NCBI GenBank assembly: GCA_038243585.1
Contig: JBBSQY010000009.1
Location: 1-64,000, forward strand
DNA length: 64,000 nucleotides
Source of the DNA: Candidatus Sumerlaeales bacterium
Lineage (GTDB): Bacteria > Sumerlaeota > Sumerlaeia > Sumerlaeales > Sumerlaeaceae
Direction: 5' to 3'
Below, in pieces: positions 57,701 to 64,000 of this stretch. The first letter of the stretch is position 1; each line of letters opens with the position of its first letter. Made by a program: the position numbers and the translations under genes. The notes beneath the pieces are model-generated. The model was not told the DNA's origin. It did not search any database and saw nothing but the letters and a program-made list of their open reading frames with translations.

Positions 57701-59339
57701 TCAGCTTCCTGGTTATAAGGTGGACAAGTATATCGGGTGGCTGCGCCACGCAACCCCCGGCGTCGGTCTTATTTCTCCGCCGCCGCACCATGACATATAT
57801 TCCATTGAAGACCTTGCACAACTTATCCATGATCTTAAAAACGCTAACCCGAAGGCCCGGATCAGCGTCAAACTTGTTGCTGAGGTCGGCGTGGGTACCG
57901 TTGCCGCGGGCGTAGCGAAGGCTCACAGCGACGTCGTCCTTATCTCCGGACACGACGGCGGCACCGGCGCCAGCCCTCTTACCAGCATTAAGCACACAGG
58001 CATTCCGTGGGAACTTGGTCTGGCGGAGGCGCAGCAGGTTCTCATGATGAACGGTCTGCGGGATCGGATCGTCGTCCAGTGCGATGGTCAGCTTAAAACT
58101 GGCCGTGACGTAGCCATTGCCACCCTTCTTGGCGCGGAAGAATGGGGATGCGCCACCGCCCCTCTGGTCGCTAGCGGCTGCATCATGATGCGCAAATGCC
58201 ACCTCAATACCTGCCCCGTGGGTGTCGCAACTCAGGATCCTATCCTGCGGGCCAAGTTCGACGGTAAACCCGAATATGTTATTAACTTCTTCTATTTTCT
58301 CGCTCAGGAATTGCGGGAGATCATGGCCGAGCTTGGATTCAGAACAATTTCTGAAATGGTTGGGCGCAGCGATCTGCTTGAAATGGAAGAGGCCATCGAT
58401 CATTGGAAAACCAAAGGTCTGGATTTCTCGGCCATCTTCGCTTTTCCGGAAATGGGTACGAACGAAGCGCGCATTAAGACAAAGGAGCAGGATCATTCGC
58501 TGGACAAGGCCTTGGATAATGACCTTATCCGCCTGGCGGAACCGGCTCTCGCTCGAGGCGAACATGTAAATATTGAAATGCCAATAACAAATGTTCGCCG
58601 TACTGTCGGAACAATGCTTTCCAGCGCGGTTGCTCAGCGATACGGTGCAGACGGACTGCCGCCTGACACTATTAATATCAAGCTTACCGGTTCAGCCGGC
58701 CAAAGTTTTGGTGCATTCCTTAATAAAGGCATCAGCATTACACTCGAAGGCGACGCCAATGATTATGTGGCCAAGGGTATGACGGGCGGGCGCATTGTGT
58801 TGTATCCACCAGCAGGCTCGACCTTTAAGGCTGAGGAAAACATAATCGTCGGAAACACCTGTCTCTACGGGGCAACGGGCGGCGAAGTTTATGTCCGGGG
58901 CCTGGCAGGCGAGAGGTTCGCCGTTAGAAACAGCGGCTGCTCTACGGTCATCGAAGGCGTAGGCGACCACGGTTGTGAATACATGACAGGCGGCTACGCC
59001 GTGGTGCTGGGCCAGACCGGGCGGAACTTTGCGGCGGGTATGAGCGGCGGCATTGCGTTTGTCTTTGACGAAGACGGCGGCTTCGAAAGCCGGTGCAATC
59101 TGGCGATGGTTGATCTGGAAGAGGTGACGGACGAGCGCGATATTAAAGATCTGCGTAAGTTTATCGAACGTCACATTGAGTATACCGGCAGCGCAAAAGG
59201 TGCGGCTATTCTGGCGGAATGGTCAGAGAACCTTCGACGGTTTGTGAAAGTAATGCCGACTGATTACAAGGCGGCGCTTCGGCTGCTTGAAGAGGAGCGC
59301 CAGAAAGCGGAACGGGACTTGGAGGGTATCCCAGCCTGA
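54765..59339 (+). CDS. gltB: Glutamate synthase large subunit
   Basis: EHDA|CGVG Ntn cysteine, HSRFSTNT, EPWDGPA, QVTNPP, KQVASGRFGV, ISPPPHHDIYSIED, CHLNTCPVG, GXGXG domain. Confidence 0.98.
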   Translation: MKKKNGLPEATGLYDPNHEHDACGVGFVVDIKGRKSHDIIRQALQVLDNLTHRGACGCDPDTGDGAGILFQLPHEFFKLECAKLGIDLCEAGHYGVGMMFLPVEDDIRRQCEATLEKVIKAEGQTLLGWRDVPVNPAAVGPVAREAMPVIRQVFVGRGKETQTDDEFERKLYLIRKVANYQIRTSDPDSTELYYACSFSSRTIIYKGMLISYQMDHFFPDLKDPAVASALGLVHSRFSTNTFPSWELAHPYRMIAHNGEINTVRGNRNWMTSRFPSLKSPRFPNPEELRPIVTETGSDSATLDNALEFFVMGGRDLTHAVTMLVPEAWTGDPAMDPAKRAYYEYHACLMEPWDGPAAICFTDGVQIGATLDRNGLRPGRYWVMKDGRLIFASETGVLDEPADQVLYKGKMQPGKMLLVDTVEGRLIGDEEIKAGLAGKANYTAWIRDNVIELDDIPDPAPEKIPHPKGESLLHLQQAFGYTLEDLRILLAPMGATGMEALGSMGTDTPLAVLSERPQLLYSYFKQLFAQVTNPPIDSIREEMVMSTWNYLGKMHNILEETPQHCHLVRVKHVVLTNEQLEKIRSVDVGDFQSVTLPMVFDPAAGEAGLAMALESLFAKAEEACRKGVNIIILSDRDVDAEHAPIPALLATAGLHHHLIRAGVRGDAGIVVETGEAREMMHFALLIGYGAGAINPYLAFDTLDEMLATGQIPEELNPADLNHEKLVKNYVKSVDKAILKIIAKMGISTVQSYQAAQIFEAIGLNQEVIDKYFTWTASRIQGVGLETIAREVLMRHHHAYPEDRTNQVDMLDWGGQYHWRRNGEHHLFNPDTVFKLQHSTRTGDYNVYRDYARSINEQTKHLCTLRGLFKFKKCNPVPIEEVESIGEIVKRFATGAMSLGSISTEAHENLAIAMNRIGGKSNTGEGGEDPRRFEKDANGDWRRSAIKQVASGRFGVTIHYLNNADELQIKMAQGAKPGEGGQLPGYKVDKYIGWLRHATPGVGLISPPPHHDIYSIEDLAQLIHDLKNANPKARISVKLVAEVGVGTVAAGVAKAHSDVVLISGHDGGTGASPLTSIKHTGIPWELGLAEAQQVLMMNGLRDRIVVQCDGQLKTGRDVAIATLLGAEEWGCATAPLVASGCIMMRKCHLNTCPVGVATQDPILRAKFDGKPEYVINFFYFLAQELREIMAELGFRTISEMVGRSDLLEMEEAIDHWKTKGLDFSAIFAFPEMGTNEARIKTKEQDHSLDKALDNDLIRLAEPALARGEHVNIEMPITNVRRTVGTMLSSAVAQRYGADGLPPDTINIKLTGSAGQSFGAFLNKGISITLEGDANDYVAKGMTGGRIVLYPPAGSTFKAEENIIVGNTCLYGATGGEVYVRGLAGERFAVRNSGCSTVIEGVGDHGCEYMTGGYAVVLGQTGRNFAAGMSGGIAFVFDEDGGFESRCNLAMVDLEEVTDERDIKDLRKFIERHIEYTGSAKGAAILAEWSENLRRFVKVMPTDYKAALRLLEEERQKAERDLEGIPA

Positions 59340-59472
59340 GTAACATGCCAGGCCCTTTGCACCTGACGCCACGCGGCTATAATCTGCTGCGATCACATGG
59401 GTGAAATTATGGCACAAGCCTTGCCTTACTTTTCCACAGAAGATATTTAAATTCAACTGTGGAGGAGCAACT

Positions 59473-60048
59473 ATGCTCGATTCAGCGCGGGATGTTTTAA
59501 GAAAATATGTAAGTGATATGGTCGGCGTGGTCCGCCATGTCCACGAAGCAATCGAGCGCCAGCTGAAAGACGACGACGCTGCCAAGTTCCCGGAAATTAA
59601 GGCACTTTTGGCAGAGATTTCCGCAGAGCTTAACACGCAGAGAAGTCATCTGGAAGGCTTGGCCAAAGAGATCGAGGCTGGTCATTTCGCTACCGCCAAA
59701 GAGGCCGTTACGGCAGCTGCTGGCGTCTTAGCCGGGTTGTACGATAGCCTTCGCAGTCATCCTATAAGCAAAGATTTGCGCGATGATTATGTCGCACTTA
59801 CGCTGTGTTGCGTCGCCTACGAAATGCTTCATGCCACAGGCCTTGCTGTCAAACACGTGCCAACCGCAGAACTTGCTCTGCGCCATTTGAAGCAATTGAC
59901 CCCGTTTGTGAATCGCATCGGGCAGCAAATTCCCGGAGTGGTAGTTCGCGAACTGTCGGAGCAGGGTGTAGAAGTTGACACCGAATCAGCTGCGATCGCC
60001 GCCCGAAACAATCATGACGCCTGGTCATCCTCCGGATCTACAAGCTAA
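59473..60048 (+). CDS. Ferritin-like four-helix protein (DUF892/YciE-F-like)
   Basis: GGAGG SD; YVSDM...H..EAIERQ, KDLRDDY, YEMLH. Confidence 0.65.
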   Translation: MLDSARDVLRKYVSDMVGVVRHVHEAIERQLKDDDAAKFPEIKALLAEISAELNTQRSHLEGLAKEIEAGHFATAKEAVTAAAGVLAGLYDSLRSHPISKDLRDDYVALTLCCVAYEMLHATGLAVKHVPTAELALRHLKQLTPFVNRIGQQIPGVVVRELSEQGVEVDTESAAIAARNNHDAWSSSGSTS

Positions 60049-60126
60049 GGGAGACACTCCTCCAGTATGACAGGTGATATGGGTGGCTTTGCTAATGCCT
60101 TACAATTCTGAACGAAAGATTTTTCG

Positions 60127-61215
60127 ATGAGCAATCATGATGATGTTTCCGAAGCATTGAACCGGAGAGAATTCGTAAAGCGGGCAAGCCTGTTTGGCGC
60201 CGGCATGGTTACTGCCATGTCGGCTGCCCAGCATTTGGGGGCCCAGGAAACGACAAACACGTCCGCGCCCGCAACACCCCCGAAAAACTTACAGCCGATC
60301 CCGCGTCGCAAGTTTGGAAAGCATGACGACATGGTTTCCATTATCGGTGTGGGCGGACACCATCTGGGGATTCCCGATGAGCCGACGGCAATTCGTATCG
60401 TTCATGAGGCCATGGATCATGGGATTAATTTCATGGACAACTGTTGGGATTACCACAACGGTGTCAGCGAAGAACGCATGGGTAAAGCGCTGGCATCAGA
60501 CGGTCGCCGTGATAAAGCTTTTCTGATGACGAAGGTCTGCACCCACGGACGTGATGCAACAGTGGCCATGAAGCAATTAGAGGATTCTTTGAAACGGCTG
60601 CAAACCGATCACATCGATCTTTGGCAAATCCATGAAGTGGTTTATGGCAATGACCCTGAGTTGCATTTTTCTCCCGGCGGAACGGTCGAGGCGCTTGTAA
60701 AAGCAAAAGAGCAGGGTAAAGTTCGCTATGTCGGCTTTACCGGTCACAAAAGTCCGGAACTTCATATGCGGATGCTGTCCCATGATTTTCCTTTCGACGC
60801 TGTTCAGATGCCGCTCAATCCTTTCGACGCAACCTTTCGCAGCTTTCAAACAGAGGTACTGCCAGTTCTGAATGAGCGGGGAATTGCCGTCATCGGTATG
60901 AAGAGTCTGGGCGGATCCGCCGACATGATAAAGAAAAACGCAGTCACTGTTAAGGAGGCTCTTGCTTACGCGATGAGCCTGCCAGTTACTACGACAGTTA
61001 GCGGGATGCCGTCTCTCGAGCACCTCTATCAAAACTTACAGATTGCGGGAGGGTTCAAACCCATGCCCCAGGATGAGATGGTGGCTATGGCCGAGCGAGT
61101 CAGAAAGTTTTCAGGCGACGGACGATTTGAACTCTATAAAGTCTCCGCCAAATTCGAAGGCAATGTGGGCCGCGAAGCTCATGGTTTTCCTTCCCATAAA
61201 GAAATGGCCGGATGA
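60127..61215 (+). CDS. Aldo/keto reductase with Tat signal
   Basis: NRREFVK Tat motif; DNCWDY, SEERMG, FLMTK, SLKRLQTDHIDLWQIH, GFTGH. Confidence 0.9.
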   Translation: MSNHDDVSEALNRREFVKRASLFGAGMVTAMSAAQHLGAQETTNTSAPATPPKNLQPIPRRKFGKHDDMVSIIGVGGHHLGIPDEPTAIRIVHEAMDHGINFMDNCWDYHNGVSEERMGKALASDGRRDKAFLMTKVCTHGRDATVAMKQLEDSLKRLQTDHIDLWQIHEVVYGNDPELHFSPGGTVEALVKAKEQGKVRYVGFTGHKSPELHMRMLSHDFPFDAVQMPLNPFDATFRSFQTEVLPVLNERGIAVIGMKSLGGSADMIKKNAVTVKEALAYAMSLPVTTTVSGMPSLEHLYQNLQIAGGFKPMPQDEMVAMAERVRKFSGDGRFELYKVSAKFEGNVGREAHGFPSHKEMAG

Positions 61216-61262
61216 TTTGTGGCCTGACCCAACTTGTTCAAATACAGTTCTCGTAAGCTCTC

Positions 61263-62864
61263 CTAGTTTCCAAGCAACAATAGCGTGATGGAGTGGGGCG
61301 GGCAAAGCCACTTCAGCTCTGACTGAGTCAGTTCGGTTGATACCGGGGTTATATTATAAGGCTTCTGAAAGTCGTTCTTTGCATAGATGTCTTCATGGTG
61401 GAGAGTCCAGGAATTCTCTATTTTCATCTTACGGAACGAATCTAGAACCAAGCTAACAGCGGCTTCATTTTCTGGATGTTTGTTAATCAGAGAGATCGTA
61501 AGCCGGCCATCTTTTCGCATTGCCGCGGTGGCGTCTAGCCAGTTCCGCTGGCCGTTAACAAAGTCAGCAGGTGGTTTTCGGCCCGGCGCAGCAGTTATGG
61601 GAACCGGGGGTTCAACGGTAGGTCCTTCCACTAATACGGGGAGGGCAGCGCCTTGCATCCACTCGGCGTACTGTTTAAAAAGGTAAGCTGCCGGAGTCCA
61701 CACCACAAGGTCTTTGTTAACCAGCAGAGTTGCATTCCCGTTTACCAGGAAAACATGATTGGCCATATGGACACGTGGGCTTAAGCGGATCATAGCGTTA
61801 AAAAATGAACCGATAAAGATCGAGTCCTGAAGGGTGCGAGGACTTTTACGGTTTTGTTTTCCGTCGTAAAAATGACGGATATTCCATTCGTCTATAGAGA
61901 GATTGATAGGCGTTGCACGATTAAGTGATGAGGTGGCTTGATCGACTGTTTCTATCATGCGCCGAAGTCTATTTTCCAAGTAGTCCGGCGTAAAGACAAA
62001 AGCCTCATATTCCGAGCCGGCATAGACGGTCGACACTCCATACATATGTACTGTCAGAAGGTCTATATCCTGTCCAGCTTTCGAAAGCACGGCGGAGTCC
62101 CAGGCCCGATCGTTTCCCTCTTCTGATCCCACGCCAAGAATCTTTATCGTAGGGTCCTGCCTACGCATAGCCTTCGCCCATACACTCAGACTTGTGCCAT
62201 AAGTGTCCGCATCTGAGTGTCCGGCTTCCCAGTGTCCCCAAGTCTCATTGCCGATACCCCAATACTTTACGTCCCAGGGTTCGTCTCGGCCATTGCTGCT
62301 ACGTCGTGCACCCTGCGGTGTATCTTTTGCCCCATTGCAGTATTCCAGCCAACGGACCGCCTCCGGAATAGTGCCGGTGCCGAGATTAACGTTTATATAC
62401 GGAGTTGTGCTCGAAAGGTGGCACCAATGCAGAAACTCATCCGTTCCGAACTGGTTCGGCTCCGTGCCACCCCAATGCCTGTTTATCTGGGGAACTCGAT
62501 TATGCTGTGGACCTATGGCGTCTTCCCAATGGTACACATCAGCAAAGCACCCCCCCGGCCACCTGACCACGGGAACTTTGAGAGCAGCTACGTTGGAAGT
62601 TACATCAAGACGAATTCCCATGGGATTGGCGGAGCGGTGTTGGTTGTCCCACAGCGACGGGTAAATCGTTTCTTCGTCGGCCTGAACGTGTTCCAGATAT
62701 TGTCCGTATATGAGCGGCGAAATATCGCCAATGGGAGAAGCACTGGTGAGTGTTACCGTGGTGTTAAAAGAGGAAGAACACCATGCTGGTACGGGAATTA
62801 AAGTCAGGCATAGCGCCATGGCTACGGAGGGAAATAGGCGGAAAAGCATAACTACTCGTTTCAT
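61263..62864 (-). CDS. Secreted GH51 alpha-L-arabinofuranosidase
   Basis: IYGQYLEH, RWPGGCFAD, FGTDEF, WGIGNE, DEWN. Confidence 0.9.
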   Translation of the reverse strand: MKRVVMLFRLFPSVAMALCLTLIPVPAWCSSSFNTTVTLTSASPIGDISPLIYGQYLEHVQADEETIYPSLWDNQHRSANPMGIRLDVTSNVAALKVPVVRWPGGCFADVYHWEDAIGPQHNRVPQINRHWGGTEPNQFGTDEFLHWCHLSSTTPYINVNLGTGTIPEAVRWLEYCNGAKDTPQGARRSSNGRDEPWDVKYWGIGNETWGHWEAGHSDADTYGTSLSVWAKAMRRQDPTIKILGVGSEEGNDRAWDSAVLSKAGQDIDLLTVHMYGVSTVYAGSEYEAFVFTPDYLENRLRRMIETVDQATSSLNRATPINLSIDEWNIRHFYDGKQNRKSPRTLQDSIFIGSFFNAMIRLSPRVHMANHVFLVNGNATLLVNKDLVVWTPAAYLFKQYAEWMQGAALPVLVEGPTVEPPVPITAAPGRKPPADFVNGQRNWLDATAAMRKDGRLTISLINKHPENEAAVSLVLDSFRKMKIENSWTLHHEDIYAKNDFQKPYNITPVSTELTQSELKWLCPPHSITLLLLGN

Positions 62865-62932
62865 CGTACCCTTGAGTTATGTCAATAATAAGAGTTGATT
62901 TTTCCTCGCCGGAAACTACCTGCAACAACGAA

Positions 62933-62961
62933 GAAAGGCGCTCCCACTTCGGAAGCGCCTC
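62933..62961 (-). terminator. Intrinsic terminator after the helicase gene
   Basis: aggcgct-ccc-acttc-gga-agcgcct with an A-rich left flank. Confidence 0.55.
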
Positions 62962-63005
62962 GTTAAATTGCTGTTAGAGTTTAAACGTTACTAATCACTA
63001 CTGGG

Positions 63006-64000
63006 TTATCCGCCCGTATTTCCTGATCCGCCGGACCCACGAGATCCGCCGCCGCCGGAACGTCGTCTACCACCACCGCCGCCACCGCTTCTACGCGGAC
63101 CGGAACTGCTACCACTTTTCCCATCGCGCGAGAAATCACCAGACTTTTCACGGGGTTTGGAGGGCTTCGGAGGAGGGGGCTTCGGTTTTTCACGAACTTC
63201 GCCCGGAGCCAGTACCGGCTCATGTAACGATGCGTGATAAAATTGATCCAGCAACATCGCGATAACGTCAACCTCTTCACTGTCTTCCGCCAGATGGCGG
63301 GCCAAGGGCACAAACCGCTTAATGCGTTCGCGGGTCAGAGTGTCAATGTCTCTAAGTTTTTGTTCAAGCAGCGCAGTCGTTCGCTCCGCAACCACAATTG
63401 CGACATCTTCCTCTGTCGGAATTTCCTTCTTTTCCATTTCAATTTCAAAGCGTTTGGAAACCCGATGGAGTTCTGCAAGCTCCTGAAAGCTGACAAGAGA
63501 GATGGCAGTGCCAGATGCCCCGGCTCGGCCGGTGCGGCCTGCGCGGTGAACATAGGATTCCAGGTCGTCCGGAAACTCATACAGCAGAACGTGGGTCAGA
63601 TGGCTGATATCCAGACCACGTGCCGCCACATCCGTCGCGACCAGGAACCGCAGATTCTTCTGACGAATCCGTTCCAGCACCCGCTCGCGGTCCTTCTGGC
63701 TCAGGTCTGCGGTCAGTTGATCCGCGTCGTACCCGAGGCGTTGCAGGATAGAGGTGACATAGGCAACCCTGTGCTTGGTGTTGCAAAAGATGATAGCTGA
63801 GCCGGGATTCTCCAGCTCGATAATACGCGCCAGCACCCGATCTTTATCCATGCCGGGCACTTCGTAATAAATATGATCCATACCACTGATCGCAACGTTT
63901 CCGTGGCTGAGGCTAAGAAATGCCGGCTCTTTCAGAAACTCCTGGGCGAGGCCGCGCACGTTTGGCGGGAAAGTGGCAGAAAACATAAAACTGGCCCTGC
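63006..64000 (-). CDS. DEAD-box RNA helicase, 3' part (5' end outside the window)
   Basis: Motif III SAT, IIFCNTK, ATDVAARGLD, YVHRAGRTGRAG; G/R/S-rich tail. Confidence 0.93.
   Translation of the reverse strand, partial: RASFMFSATFPPNVRGLAQEFLKEPAFLSLSHGNVAISGMDHIYYEVPGMDKDRVLARIIELENPGSAIIFCNTKHRVAYVTSILQRLGYDADQLTADLSQKDRERVLERIRQKNLRFLVATDVAARGLDISHLTHVLLYEFPDDLESYVHRAGRTGRAGASGTAISLVSFQELAELHRVSKRFEIEMEKKEIPTEEDVAIVVAERTTALLEQKLRDIDTLTRERIKRFVPLARHLAEDSEEVDVIAMLLDQFYHASLHEPVLAPGEVREKPKPPPPKPSKPREKSGDFSRDGKSGSSSGPRRSGGGGGGRRRSGGGGSRGSGGSGNTGG

Noticed and set aside
57486..58565. 359-aa antisense ORF within gltB (similar shadows in uvrA, pnp, mutL, DASS)
   Set aside because: Typical antisense open frames of conserved, codon-biased genes
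1..64000. CRISPR arrays, tRNA/rRNA, transposases, integrases, known defence systems, DGR
   Set aside because: No repeat-spacer arrays, cloverleafs, recombinase or reverse transcriptase motifs seen by eye; the 9-bp arrays are too short and degenerate and have no spacers

Overview
Ordinary-looking chromosomal segment (~55% GC by eye) of a diderm bacterium. No rRNA, tRNA, CRISPR array, phage or intact IS element was recognised. Protein style and C-terminal motifs suggest Candidatus Sumerlaeota (BRC1) or a relative; this is inference only. Housekeeping and DNA-repair genes: rpoZ, mutL, uvrA, SRAP, recJ, a YhaO/YhaN-type SbcD/SbcC-like pair, pnp, a DEAD-box helicase, cyclophilin, and gltB with no adjacent gltD. 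Also present: an egtB-egtD ergothioneine pair; four exported glycoside hydrolases (GH123-like, GH27, GH129-like, GH51) plus a GHMP sugar kinase; a PilB-type ATPase; two tandem-FHA proteins; a FimV-like membrane protein; and a YbjQ-YbjQ-PrsW operon. The most interesting signals lie outside the ORF track: (1) dispersed 9-bp-periodic repeats (consensus ~ATGGACnnn), partly in inverted pairs, found intergenically and in-frame inside mutL and the SRAP gene; (2) a recurring [D/E]xx[S/T][S/T]x[S/T] peptide motif, about ten copies in the tail of a GT39 glycosyltransferase and single copies in several exported proteins, a candidate lineage-specific O-glycosylation sequon; (3) two candidate C-terminal sorting signals (…SADNWQLY, …VPVSLSGWTLE); (4) an unannotated 45-aa secreted Cys-rich peptide divergent from egtBD; (5) candidate GAAC-N4-GTAC SOS boxes; (6) a headless RelB/DinJ antitoxin remnant.
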